From the NCBI GenBank assembly GCA_021814165.1, contig JAKAIX010000001.1, forward strand, positions 150,787 to 214,786: DNA of 64,000 nucleotides. Direction: 5' to 3'. A program made the translations under genes and the position numbers. The notes below the pieces were generated by a model. The model was given only the letters and a program-made list of their open reading frames with translations. It was not told where the DNA came from and made no database searches. This stretch comes from a bacterium. Its GTDB lineage: Bacteria; Patescibacteriota; Minisyncoccia; UBA6257; GWB1-50-10. How positions within the stretch are numbered: position 1 is the stretch's first letter; each line of letters begins with the position of its first letter. This document shows positions 25,579 through 35,228 of the stretch, piece by piece.

Positions 25579-28101
25579 CTATCTTAGAGCTTTCTTTAAA
25601 TACTGCCCCGTGAAACTTCCCGCCCTCTTCGAAATGTCCTCGGGAGTGCCGGTTGCGACAATCTCTCCCCCCTTCTCCCCTCCCTCGGGTCCCAGATCAA
25701 TCACCCAGTCGGCCGTCTTTATCACATCCAGATTGTGCTCGATAACAACCACCGTATTTCCCCTGTCCACGAGCCGTTGGAGCACGTCGATCAAATTCTG
25801 CACATCCGCGAAGTGAAGTCCGGTCGTCGGTTCGTCCAAGAGATAAAGCGTGCGGTGCGTGTCTCGCTTCCCGAGCTCCGCGCCGAGCTTCACGCGCTGC
25901 GCCTCACCGCCCGAAAGCGTCGTTGCTGACTGCCCGAGTTTGAGATACCCGAGCCCCACTTCGTTCAAAATTTTCAAACGATCGTAGAGCCACGGAATGT
26001 CTTCGTAAAATTCCGTCGCCTCCTCGATCGTCATTTTTAAAACTTCATACACGTTTTTCCCTTTATAACGTACGTTCAGTGTTTCTCTATCGAATCGTTT
26101 TCCCTTGCATACCTCGCATTCGACGTAGACCGTCGGAAGGAAATGCATCTCGATCGCGATCATCCCGTGCCCTTCGCAGTTTTCGCATCTGCCTCCTTTC
26201 ACATTAAAACTGAAACGACCCGGTTTGTAGCCACGGACGCGCGCGTCTTCCGTCGCCGCAAAAAGTTCGCGGATAAAGGTCCATGCGCCTACGTACGTTG
26301 CGGGGTTCGACCGCGGCGTGCGTCCGATCGGCGACTGGTCGATATTGATAATGCGGTTGATGTATTCGGTGCCCGTAATCGCTTTATGCGGCCCCGCTTT
26401 GTAATCCGCGCCATTAAACTTGTTCGCGAGCGTCTTATAAAGCACGTCATAAAGAAGCGTGCTTTTTCCGGATCCCGAAACGCCCGTAATTGCGGTAAAG
26501 CGCTTCAAGGGGATATCCACATCCACGTTCTTCAGATTATTTGCCGTAATCCCTTTTATCTTCAGATGTTCTTTATCTTTGCTCACGATTCGCCTTTTCT
26601 TCGGAACCTCGATAAATCGCTTGCCGCGGAGATATTCCAGCGTAAGCGAATCCTGCTTCATGTCTTTGATAATGGAAGGTATCGGACCCTGTGCAATGAT
26701 TTTTCCCCCGTGGACTCCCGCGGCGGGACCGATATCGACGAGATAATCGGATGAACGAATAGTGTCTTCGTCGTGCTCGACGACAATAATGGTATTCCCG
26801 AGATCGCGGAGATCCTGAAGCGTTTTGATGAGCTTCGCATTGTCGCGCTGATGGAGCCCTATTGTCGGTTCGTCCAGGATATAAAGCGTTCCCACGAGAC
26901 GCGAGCCGATCTGGGACGCAAGACGGATGCGCTGGGACTCGCCTCCCGAGAGCGTACCGGCCTTCCTGTTAAGCGTGAGATAGTCGAGTCCTACGTCGAT
27001 CATAAATTGCAGACGGCTTTTGATTTCCTTTAAGGGGACCTCGGCGATTTCCGCGAGATTTTTTTTCTTTGCGAGTTTTTCCCCAACTTTCGTGAAAAAC
27101 GCGAACGCGTCGTCGATCGAGAGTTCAACAACCGAGGCTATGTTCTTGTTGTCGATTAAGACATTCAAACTTTCTTCCTTGAGACGCTTTCCCGCGCACG
27201 CGGGGCAGATCTTCTCGGACCAGATACTTTCAGTGCCAAGCCCATGGCACTCGGGACACGCGCCGTAGGGACTATTAAACGAGAAGAGCCGCGGCTCGAT
27301 TTCGGGAAACGAAAACCCGTCCTCGGGACAGGTGTACTGTGCCGAAAGCGATACTTCCTTGTCGGTGATGACGGTAATCACGTCGTGGCCGTATTTCAGG
27401 GCCGTCTCGACCGACTCCGCAAGCCGCATTCTGTTATCTTTCTCGTTGAAATCGATTCCCGCGGGCATTCGATCAACCACGAGATCGATCGTGTGTTGTT
27501 TATAGCGGCTCAAATCGATCCGTTCGCGCAAGCTCGTGAACTTGCCGTCGACCCGCACCTCCGAGAATCCGGAATTCAGAAAATCATAGAGCATTTGATA
27601 GTACTCTCCCTTTCTGCCGCGCACGACGGGAGCAAGAATCACCACGTTCCTTCTGTCTTTGTTTTCTCCCGAAATATCGATAATAACGTCCACGATTTCC
27701 TCGTTCGTCATTTTTCGTATCTCTCTTCCGCACTTGGGACAGAACGGCTTTCCCGCGCGCGCAAAAAGCACGCGGAGATAGTCATAAATCTCCGTAATGG
27801 TCGCGACGGTCGAGCGCGGATTCGCCGAGTGATGCTTTTGATCGATCGAGATTGCGGGCGACAATCCTTCGATTTCATCAACATCCGGCTTATCCAATCT
27901 CCCCAAGAACTGGCGCGCATAGGCGGAGAGCGACTCGATATAGCGCCGCTGTCCTTCCGCAAAAATGGTATCGAACGCCAAGGATGATTTTCCCGAACCC
28001 GAGAGACCGGTAAAGACGATCATCTTATCTCGCGGGAGTTCGAGATTGACGTTTTTGAGATTATGCTCGCGGGCACCTTTTATGATTATCTTGTCTCTCA
28101 T
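25579..28101 (-). CDS. uvrA: Excinuclease ABC subunit A (840 aa)
   Basis: Two ABC cassettes ([12 protein letters not shown]; [11 protein letters not shown]), zinc fingers and LSGGEAQR signature. Confidence 0.9.
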   Translation of the reverse strand: MRDKIIIKGAREHNLKNVNLELPRDKMIVFTGLSGSGKSSLAFDTIFAEGQRRYIESLSAYARQFLGRLDKPDVDEIEGLSPAISIDQKHHSANPRSTVATITEIYDYLRVLFARAGKPFCPKCGREIRKMTNEEIVDVIIDISGENKDRRNVVILAPVVRGRKGEYYQMLYDFLNSGFSEVRVDGKFTSLRERIDLSRYKQHTIDLVVDRMPAGIDFNEKDNRMRLAESVETALKYGHDVITVITDKEVSLSAQYTCPEDGFSFPEIEPRLFSFNSPYGACPECHGLGTESIWSEKICPACAGKRLKEESLNVLIDNKNIASVVELSIDDAFAFFTKVGEKLAKKKNLAEIAEVPLKEIKSRLQFMIDVGLDYLTLNRKAGTLSGGESQRIRLASQIGSRLVGTLYILDEPTIGLHQRDNAKLIKTLQDLRDLGNTIIVVEHDEDTIRSSDYLVDIGPAAGVHGGKIIAQGPIPSIIKDMKQDSLTLEYLRGKRFIEVPKKRRIVSKDKEHLKIKGITANNLKNVDVDIPLKRFTAITGVSGSGKSTLLYDVLYKTLANKFNGADYKAGPHKAITGTEYINRIINIDQSPIGRTPRSNPATYVGAWTFIRELFAATEDARVRGYKPGRFSFNVKGGRCENCEGHGMIAIEMHFLPTVYVECEVCKGKRFDRETLNVRYKGKNVYEVLKMTIEEATEFYEDIPWLYDRLKILNEVGLGYLKLGQSATTLSGGEAQRVKLGAELGKRDTHRTLYLLDEPTTGLHFADVQNLIDVLQRLVDRGNTVVVIEHNLDVIKTADWVIDLGPEGGEKGGEIVATGTPEDISKRAGSFTGQYLKKALR

Positions 28102-28104
28102 GTC

Positions 28105-28245
28105 CCTAAAACTCTAAACTCTAATTTCTAAATCCTAAATAATGACCAAAATACGAAATCATAATGACTGAAACGCGTGTTTTGTTATTTTGAATTTGGG
28201 ACATTTGAATTTATTTAGAGTTTAGGGTTTTGTGTTTAGAATTTC
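28105..28245. repeat. AT-rich imperfect palindrome built from CTAAA / TTTAG iterations
   Basis: AAACTCTAAACTCTAATTTCTAAATCCTAAATAA ... TTATTTAGAGTTTAGGGTTTTGTGTTTAGAATTT. Sits immediately upstream of the uvrA start. Confidence 0.5.
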
Positions 28246-28344
28246 GTTTGTATACGCAAACACTCCCCCGTTTCGGTTCACTGGGGGGTGAGTATAAGAG
28301 AAAGATACTCCTCGCTTCTTGTGAGGTCAAGATTGTTTGATTCG

Positions 28345-28740
28345 AGTTGAGGAATGATCTTCCTCTTTCATCGGCAAGTGTACGAACCGTTCCCCTCTCT
28401 CACAAGAGCCTCCGGATGCGAACACGCGTATTCGCTCGCACGCTCCTCGCCACCCTGCACGCCTATTCGGCGAGGGGCCTGGCTCGGCAACGCGGCTCGC
28501 TCATACATGTTCGCGCATCCTTCGGCAAATGTTCGTTCGGGGAACAGTTCATGCGCTCTCAAAAACAACCCCAGAGAGATAACTTTTTCTCCTCTCGGTG
28601 AAGCATCGTGGAGCGAGATTAACGCCTTCCCGAACGAGACAAAAGAAATGAGGGAATCGCGCACTGTACGAATCCCGAAGCGAAGCGGAGGTTGAGTTGC
28701 GCGAACCCTCAATTTCCGCATGGCGAGTGAGGAGAAGGCG
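28345..28740 (-). ncRNA. Copy A of a ~400-nt conserved element (candidate structured RNA of unknown family); sense strand not determined
   Basis: Reverse complement aligns with 42598-42990. Flanks and several internal blocks are near-identical; the middle diverges with indels not in multiples of 3. The terminal long-range helix differs in sequence but pairing is preserved (GTTCCCC/GGGGAAC here). Confidence 0.55.
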
Positions 28741-28792
28741 TATCGAGCGGAACGTTTTGCTGAACGAGAGGAGAAAAAGTTATCTCGAAATC

Positions 28793-29152
28793 TTACTTCC
28801 CGGGTCTTCTCTTTCTTCGCGCCCGCTTCGAGTACTTCTCTACCGTCTTTTCTTTGTGCTTTTGGATATCCTTCTTCGCTTTGTCTTTTGCTATTTCCAC
28901 CGCCGCAAGGAGATCGCTGTTTTCTTCCTCCGCTCGTATCTTCTTTCCTGGGAGATTAATATCTACCGAGGCGTGATAAATTTCACCATGGCGATGATGC
29001 TCCGTCGTACGTTCAATCTCAACTTCCGCATTCACGCTGTCGTTCTTATCAAACCGCTTAAGAAAACGTCCGAGCGCACCGACTTTCTTCCGCACATACT
29101 CCTTAAGTGCGGGGGAGAGATTCACCCGCACACTTTTGATATTGATACGCAT
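28793..29152 (-). CDS. hpf: Ribosome hibernation promoting factor / RaiA family
   Basis: MRINIKSVRVNLSPALKEYVRKKVGALGRF...EIERTTEHHRHGEIYHASVDINLPGKKIRAEEE. Confidence 0.85.
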   Translation of the reverse strand: MRINIKSVRVNLSPALKEYVRKKVGALGRFLKRFDKNDSVNAEVEIERTTEHHRHGEIYHASVDINLPGKKIRAEEENSDLLAAVEIAKDKAKKDIQKHKEKTVEKYSKRARRKRRPGK

Positions 29153-29159
29153 ACGGATA

Positions 29160-31193
29160 TTATACCGCCCGCTTCTTTTTCGGAGTACTTGACTGTTTTC
29201 CGATTTTCCCTTGAAGCAGCCTCAATTCGTCCCGTAAAATGGCGGCAAGCTCGAAATCAAGCGCTTCTGCGGCTTTTTTCATCTCCCGTTCTTTTTCCCG
29301 TACAAGTCTCTCGATGTTTGTTCTTGACTTGGGGATAACCTTCGTTTCGAGCGCAAGAATCTCATCCGCGGGAAGGATATCTTTAATTTCTTTTTCGATG
29401 GTTCTTGGCGTGATTTTATGCGCCTTATTGTACGCGAGTTGGAGCGCTCTCCGCCGCTCGGTTTCCGCAACCGCCCGTTTGATGGACCCGGTAATCGAGT
29501 CCGCATAAAGCAATACTTCTCCACGCACGTTCCTTGCCGCACGCCCTATCGTTTGGATCAAAGATGTCTCACTTCTCAAAAATCCTTCCTTATCGGCGTC
29601 GAGTATTGCAACAAGCGACACCTCAGGAAGATCAAGTCCTTCCCTTAAAAGATTCACCCCGACAAGAACGTCGAAGCCGCCTTTTGCAGATCCTCTTCGA
29701 AGATTCGTGAGAATTTTGATGCGATCGAGCGTCTTTACGTCGCTATGAAGATACGAAACACTTACCTTAAGTTCTTCAAGGTATCCGCTTAAATCTTCCG
29801 CCATCTTTTTCGTAAGCGTCGTGACGAGTACGCGTTCCTTCGCTTCCGCCCGCTCGCGGATGCGCGGAATAAGATCATCGATCTGCCCCCGTGCCGGCCT
29901 GATAGTGACCTTCGGATCTATAAGTCCCGTAGGCCTGATAATTTGTTCCACAATCTGCGAACTTTTCTTTTTTTCAAACTCTCCCGGCGTCGCGGAGGTA
30001 TAAACGGTCTGATTCGTCCGTTCCTCGAACTCCTTGAATTTCAAAGGACGATTATCCGCCGCCGAAGGGAGTCGGAATCCATATTCGATGAGGGTTCGCT
30101 TGCGCGACGCATCGCCCTCGTACATTCCCTGAATCTGCGAAACGGTCACGTGCGACTCGTCGATGATGGTTAGAAAATCCTTCGGGAAGTAATCGAGAAG
30201 CGTCGCCGGCGGTTCTCCCTTCTTTCTTCCGGAAAGATGAAGCGAGTAGTTTTCGATGCCGTTGCAATATCCGACCTCGCGTATCATCGCCATGTCCGCT
30301 TTCGTTCTCCGTTCGATGCGCTCCGCTTCCAGAAACTTTTTCTCTTTCTCGAATATCTTGAGTTGTTCCTTAAGCTCTGTTCGAATCGCCTTTAGGGCGT
30401 GTTCCCTGTCTTCGACGGGCGTGATGAAGTGTTTCGCGGGTGCGATGTAAATCTCCGGCAGTTCGGGTGTTTTTCCTGCCTGCGCAGGCAGACCCGGATG
30501 AAATCCTTCCACCGGATTTACCTCAAAGATGTTTTGAATGACATCATTCTTCGTTTCGAATACGTAGAGTATCTCCCTGTCGGGCGGCATGATTTCCCAA
30601 TGATCCCCCCGGAGACGAAATGATCCCCTCTTCAAATCGGAGTTTGTCCTTGTAAACTGAAGTTCGACGAGTTTCCGGGCGAATTCCTGCCTTGAAACCT
30701 TATCCCCCGGCCTCAAGTGAAAGATATTCTCGGCATACGCCTCCGGACTGCCGAGACCGTAGATACAGGAAACGGAAGCGACCACGATTACATCCTTTCT
30801 CGTAAGAAGCGCGGCGGTTGCCGCATGGCGGAGTTTGTCGATCTCGTCGTTTACCATTGCTTCCTTCCCGATGTAGGTATCGCTCGAAGGAATATACGCC
30901 TCCGGCTGATAGTAGTCGTAGTAGGATACGAAATAATTTACCGAATTATGCGGAAACAGTTCGCGAAATTCGTTACAAAGCTGTGCGGCGAGCGTCTTGT
31001 TGTGCGCAATGACAAGCGTCGGCTTTCCGACGTTCTGTATCATATTCGCCATTGTGAACGTCTTCCCCGACCCCGTGACGCCCAAGAGCGTCTGATCGCG
31101 GTACTTGTTCCGAATCCCTTCGGTAAGCGCCTCGATCGCTTTTGGCTGATCTCCCGCAGGTTTGTTTTTTGAAATAAGTTCGAATGTTTTCAT
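29160..31193 (-). CDS. uvrB: Excinuclease ABC subunit B
   Basis: GVTGSGKTFTMANMI Walker A, helicase motifs and C-terminal UVR domain (AAILRDELRLLQ). Confidence 0.9.
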   Translation of the reverse strand: MKTFELISKNKPAGDQPKAIEALTEGIRNKYRDQTLLGVTGSGKTFTMANMIQNVGKPTLVIAHNKTLAAQLCNEFRELFPHNSVNYFVSYYDYYQPEAYIPSSDTYIGKEAMVNDEIDKLRHAATAALLTRKDVIVVASVSCIYGLGSPEAYAENIFHLRPGDKVSRQEFARKLVELQFTRTNSDLKRGSFRLRGDHWEIMPPDREILYVFETKNDVIQNIFEVNPVEGFHPGLPAQAGKTPELPEIYIAPAKHFITPVEDREHALKAIRTELKEQLKIFEKEKKFLEAERIERRTKADMAMIREVGYCNGIENYSLHLSGRKKGEPPATLLDYFPKDFLTIIDESHVTVSQIQGMYEGDASRKRTLIEYGFRLPSAADNRPLKFKEFEERTNQTVYTSATPGEFEKKKSSQIVEQIIRPTGLIDPKVTIRPARGQIDDLIPRIRERAEAKERVLVTTLTKKMAEDLSGYLEELKVSVSYLHSDVKTLDRIKILTNLRRGSAKGGFDVLVGVNLLREGLDLPEVSLVAILDADKEGFLRSETSLIQTIGRAARNVRGEVLLYADSITGSIKRAVAETERRRALQLAYNKAHKITPRTIEKEIKDILPADEILALETKVIPKSRTNIERLVREKEREMKKAAEALDFELAAILRDELRLLQGKIGKQSSTPKKKRAV

Positions 31194-31270
31194 ACGCGAA
31201 ATACACTTCCTACTCGGATAAAGGGAGTGTTATGAGCAACTTTACGCGCAGGGCACAAGAGCGTCAAGTA

Positions 31271-32770
31271 CTACTTCAGATAATAAGGGAGTTTTTCCAA
31301 ATCTATTACGTCCCCGTACCTCTGCTGTATTTGTTTGATTTGTCCTTTCATATCCTCCAGGAGCCGCGCGGCTTTCTCTTCAAACACCGAATACCCGCGT
31401 ATTGTCTTATAATTTTCCAGTTGCTCGCTAAGAACTCGCCCCTCGATGACCGCCTCTCCAAAAAGTTTATCTGTCTTCTTAACTTTTCCTTTCGCCATAC
31501 TGAAGATCTTTTCGCGAAGATCATTCTTTATAAACCTGGGCACTTCTCCATTGCCCGGTTCCATCAGTATTGTACGCACTGATACGCGATCGTTTTCCTT
31601 TTCTCCTTTCTCCGATCTCAAAAATTGCGCCACGCGCACGCGTGCATCGATCTTCGCGCGCTCGGCAGCTTCATGATTTGCAATCGCTTCTTCCACTTCT
31701 TTCTTATCCTTACCAGATCTTCTCATTTGCTCGGCAAACGTTCTCGTCAGTATCTTTACCGCTATGTCACGCGTAGTTTTGTAACTTTCTTCGAGAAGAT
31801 TGTTCTTAATGTCTATCTTAAGTTTTCCTCCTTCCCTCTCCTTGTTCCCCTTCACAAGAAAAGCGGCGGTATGGTTAAAATATTCAAGTTCCCGCTTATC
31901 TTCCTCCGCGAGATGCGGAAAAGAATCCATATCCGTGAAATCAACGGAGAGTTTTCCATTCCCTTCATGATGCGCACTGAGACCAGTTCCGTGCAGCATC
32001 TCCGCAAAATCTTCAGCGACGACGGCCTCCTGTTCCGACAACTTCGCCAAATCTCCGACATTAAGAGATATTAATTCTTTTTGCCCTTCCTGCAGCCAGA
32101 AGAATTTATCTTTCTCGCCAGAATTTTCTCCGATTTCTTGTTGCCCATCCGGCACTTCATAAGGAACTACGCTGTCCCCGCTTCTTATCAATTCCTCCCC
32201 TGTCTGTTTTGTCTGTTCTTTTTTATTTGCGGTCTTCTCCGAAGCCGCGGATGCCGCACTTTCGTTCTTCTTCTCCGACATCTTGATTTTTTTCTTTAAG
32301 TCGATGCTTTCCTTCCGATTCTGTAACTCGATCGTTATTCTTGTATATTTCTCGAGTTCTTTCTGCACTTTTTCATTCTTTGGAAACTGAAGGTGGAATT
32401 TATTTAATTCGTCGGTTTTATCGGTGTAGTATCCGACGGGATCTTGCATTAACTTTTGGAACTTCGCCTTATAATTTTCGAAATAAGTAGAACCCGGGTT
32501 GGCTTGCGCGGATTCGAGTACGCTCTGTAGATTACGCAGTTCTTTCAGAGCGTCCTCTTTTGTCTCTTCACTTAGGAACCCATACAATAGAATGTCTTCC
32601 GGAGGATATTCTTGCGTTTCCGATTCAATCTCGACCGGTTCTCCATTCTCCGGTTCTTCCTTTATATCGACAAACTTTGCTTCTTCTATTTCGTTGGAAG
32701 AAATCCGTTCCTCCGGTTTTCGTCCCTCCACATCTCCCGTTAGTTCCGGTTCAAATAATTTTTCCGTCAT
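31271..32770 (-). CDS. Hypothetical acidic coiled-coil-rich protein (499 aa)
   Basis: Long ORF with strong coding bias; no motif recognised. Confidence 0.5.
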   Translation of the reverse strand: MTEKLFEPELTGDVEGRKPEERISSNEIEEAKFVDIKEEPENGEPVEIESETQEYPPEDILLYGFLSEETKEDALKELRNLQSVLESAQANPGSTYFENYKAKFQKLMQDPVGYYTDKTDELNKFHLQFPKNEKVQKELEKYTRITIELQNRKESIDLKKKIKMSEKKNESAASAASEKTANKKEQTKQTGEELIRSGDSVVPYEVPDGQQEIGENSGEKDKFFWLQEGQKELISLNVGDLAKLSEQEAVVAEDFAEMLHGTGLSAHHEGNGKLSVDFTDMDSFPHLAEEDKRELEYFNHTAAFLVKGNKEREGGKLKIDIKNNLLEESYKTTRDIAVKILTRTFAEQMRRSGKDKKEVEEAIANHEAAERAKIDARVRVAQFLRSEKGEKENDRVSVRTILMEPGNGEVPRFIKNDLREKIFSMAKGKVKKTDKLFGEAVIEGRVLSEQLENYKTIRGYSVFEEKAARLLEDMKGQIKQIQQRYGDVIDLEKLPYYLK

Positions 32771-32937
32771 AATTATTTCTTTATTATAGCAAGTTATGTA
32801 GCTTTAATTTCGAAATAATAATACCACAAAAGCAGAAAAAAAGCAAGTGTTACTTTTTCCCTGTTTTCCGAAGATAAGTTGGTGCGGGTAAGGAGAATTT
32901 TGTGCTTTGCCCCGCAGAATTTCTGCGAGTTACCTTG

Positions 32938-33008
32938 TGCGGGTAAGGAGAATCGAACTCCTGTCTCAACCTTGGGAAGGTCGCATTCTACCACTAAACC
33001 ATACCCGC
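32938..33008 (-). tRNA. tRNA-Gly (anticodon CCC)
   Basis: Manual fold of GCGGGTATGGTTTAGTGGTAGAATGCGACCTTCCCAAGGTTGAGACAGGAGTTCGATTCTCCTTACCCGCA. Anticodon stem CGACC/GGTTG with loop TTCCCAA. Confidence 0.75.
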
Positions 33009-33015
33009 GTTCTTG

Positions 33016-33327
33016 TTAATTCTTCGTTGAAGTACTTATCGGCGAACTGGAAGCGCTCGAAGAAGCACCGGGAACGACAATGATCACCCGTTCTCCTTCT
33101 TCGCGATACGTCGTTTGTTTCTTCAACTCCTTCAAAAGATTAACAGGATTTCCGTAGTAATCAATATCGCTCTTCAGTCTTGTGTTCTCCGCCTCAAGAT
33201 TCCCGAGTTTTTGCTCGAGATCATTCCTTTGTTGTTCCATATCCTTCTTGGATCCTTCCAGACTGACAAGCCCCCAAGAAAGGAGCGCGATTACAAGAAC
33301 GAGAATGATAATCTTCCAGGGTTTCAT
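33016..33327 (-). CDS. Septum formation initiator (FtsB/DivIC-like)
   Basis: N-terminal TM, coiled coil (QQRNDLEQKLGNLEAENTRLKSDIDYY) and Ser-rich tail. Confidence 0.5.
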   Translation of the reverse strand: MKPWKIIILVLVIALLSWGLVSLEGSKKDMEQQRNDLEQKLGNLEAENTRLKSDIDYYGNPVNLLKELKKQTTYREEGERVIIVVPGASSSASSSPISTSTKN

Positions 33328-33360
33328 TTATTCCTATTATAGTCCACCACGCTCAATACG

Positions 33361-33398
33361 AGGAGGCCCGGCTTCCTATCGGAGGCCGGGCCTCCAGT
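33361..33398. terminator. GGAGGCCCGGC / GGAGGCCGGGCCTCC hairpin (family member)
   Basis: Lies between the ftsB-like start region and the lepA 3' end. Confidence 0.45.
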
Positions 33399-33404
33399 CA
33401 TCGC

Positions 33405-35228
33405 TTATTTTTTCAAAAGTTCCTTGAAGAGATGCGGAGGGATGCGAACGTGGGCGCGCGCCTTGAGCCGTTCTTTTCCTTTCTTTTGTTTCTGCCACAA
33501 CTTCATTTTCCTCGTCCTGTCACCCCCGTTTTTCCCGAAGTTTCCCAATTCCTTTCTCATTGCGGGAATGTCCTCCCGTGCGATAATTTTCGCTCCCACC
33601 TTTGCCTGTATCGGCTGGGGAAATTGCTGCTGCGGAAGCGTTTTCTTAAGCCGCTCCACAAGCTGGCGGGCTTCGTACTGCACCGTCTCCTTCGGGAAAA
33701 ACCGCGAGAGGCCCGGAATAAGCTCTCCCGCAACCGCAACATCCACCCTCTCGATATCCGCTTTTCTGTAATCGGCGAGTTCGTAGCTGAATGAAGCATA
33801 GCCGGCAGTCGCCGACTTCAACTGGTCGTCAAAGTCGCTTACGAGCTCCGCAAGAGGCATTTTCGCCTTGATTTCCGTCTGGTTCTGGAATGTTTCGGTC
33901 GTACTTTCCATGAACCTGAATCGCTTTTGAAGCGGATAAATATTATTCAGAAACTCCGGAGAAGTGAGAATTACGATCTGTACCATCGGTTCCATAATTT
34001 CCTCATGCTCCTCGGGAAGTTCCTCGGGCTTCACAATCGTCTGCCAGCCCTTCTTTGTCTTCACTTTATAAAGCACCGAGGGAAAGGTGCTCACCGTTCT
34101 CACCTTGAACTCGCGTCTCAAACGTTCCGCGGTAATCTCAAAATGAAGATGCCCAAGAAATCCCACCTTGAATCCCCTGCCCAGAACTTCGTTCTGATCG
34201 GGTTCAATCGAAAGCGACGAATCATTAAGTCTCAGTTTATCAAAACTCCGCTTCAGGAGATCGTAGTCGTCATTATTCTCGGGATAAAATGAAACGAACA
34301 CTACCGGTTGCGGTTCGCGATAGCCGTGGAGCGCGAGCGGTCTTGGATTTTGAACCTTAAATTTCGAACTTATCGCCGTATCCCCGATTTTCACGAGCGC
34401 GATGTCCTTGATGCCCGTCGCGATATAACCGATCTCCCCCGCATTCAAAGTTTCGGTCGGCGTAAGCGCCGGCGCGAAACAACCGATTTCTTTTATTTTC
34501 GAGGAGGCGCCGGATGCGGCAAGAGTAACCGTATCCGTCGATTGTATGATTCCTCCGAAAACGCGGACCGAGGCGATAACGCCCTTGTGATCGTCATAAA
34601 AAGAATCAAAGATGAGCGCTCGCGCCGGCGTTTCTCTTCCTTGTATCCCGCTCTGTGCTGTTTCCCCCGGAGGAGGCACGCGACGGACTACCGCTTCCAG
34701 AAGTTCCCTCGTTCCTTTCCCCGTTTTCGCAGACACCATGAGTACTTCCTCTTTCCCGGCATTGAGAAGTTCCGCAACTTCGCCTCGGACACGATCAAGC
34801 CCTTCTTCGTCGCCGTTCCCTTCGAGTACGTCGATTTTATTCACCGCGCCGACAACGGTAAGTCCGGCCTTTCTCGCCGAATGCAGGTTCGCGAGCGTTT
34901 GTGCCTGTATTCCTTGTGTCGCATCGACGAGAAGAATCCCTCCCTCAACTGCCGCAAGCGCACGTGATACCTCATAGGAAAAATCGGAATGTCCCGGAGT
35001 ATCAATCAGGTTCAGTTCATACCGTTCTTGTCCGAGTTCATAACGCATCCTCACGGGAGCCATCTTAATGGTAATCCCGCGTTCGCGCTCGAGTTCGAGT
35101 TGATCGAGATACTGTTCGTGCATCCGTCTCGTATCCACCGCGCCGGTGATTTCAAGAAACCGATCGGCAAGCGTGGACTTCCCGTGGTCAATGTGCGCGA
35201 TAATACAAAAATTCCTTATATGCTCCAT
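33405..35228 (-). CDS. lepA: Elongation factor 4
   Basis: MEHIRNFCIIAHIDHGKSTLADRFLE G-domain plus LepA C-terminal domain. Confidence 0.9.
   Translation of the reverse strand: MEHIRNFCIIAHIDHGKSTLADRFLEITGAVDTRRMHEQYLDQLELERERGITIKMAPVRMRYELGQERYELNLIDTPGHSDFSYEVSRALAAVEGGILLVDATQGIQAQTLANLHSARKAGLTVVGAVNKIDVLEGNGDEEGLDRVRGEVAELLNAGKEEVLMVSAKTGKGTRELLEAVVRRVPPPGETAQSGIQGRETPARALIFDSFYDDHKGVIASVRVFGGIIQSTDTVTLAASGASSKIKEIGCFAPALTPTETLNAGEIGYIATGIKDIALVKIGDTAISSKFKVQNPRPLALHGYREPQPVVFVSFYPENNDDYDLLKRSFDKLRLNDSSLSIEPDQNEVLGRGFKVGFLGHLHFEITAERLRREFKVRTVSTFPSVLYKVKTKKGWQTIVKPEELPEEHEEIMEPMVQIVILTSPEFLNNIYPLQKRFRFMESTTETFQNQTEIKAKMPLAELVSDFDDQLKSATAGYASFSYELADYRKADIERVDVAVAGELIPGLSRFFPKETVQYEARQLVERLKKTLPQQQFPQPIQAKVGAKIIAREDIPAMRKELGNFGKNGGDRTRKMKLWQKQKKGKERLKARAHVRIPPHLFKELLKK

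Noticed and set aside
26143-27987. Long antisense ORFs inside uvrA (26143-26754, 27244-27987 +), lepA (34308-34967 +), the DUF4012 gene (36383-37450 +), the EEP/cupin region (9069-10202 +), the Cys-rich gene (13028-13648 +) and pepN (60480-61265 -)
   Set aside because: They are Arg/Ser-rich and motif-free, and lie opposite strongly supported conserved genes. They are typical shadow ORFs of GC-skewed codons.
23443-28101. uvrC (408 aa) and uvrA (840 aa) as truncated pseudogenes
   Set aside because: All core motifs are intact and the frames are continuous: GIY-YIG and RNase-H-like in UvrC; both ABC cassettes and zinc modules in UvrA. The shortening looks like lineage-typical domain loss, not decay.
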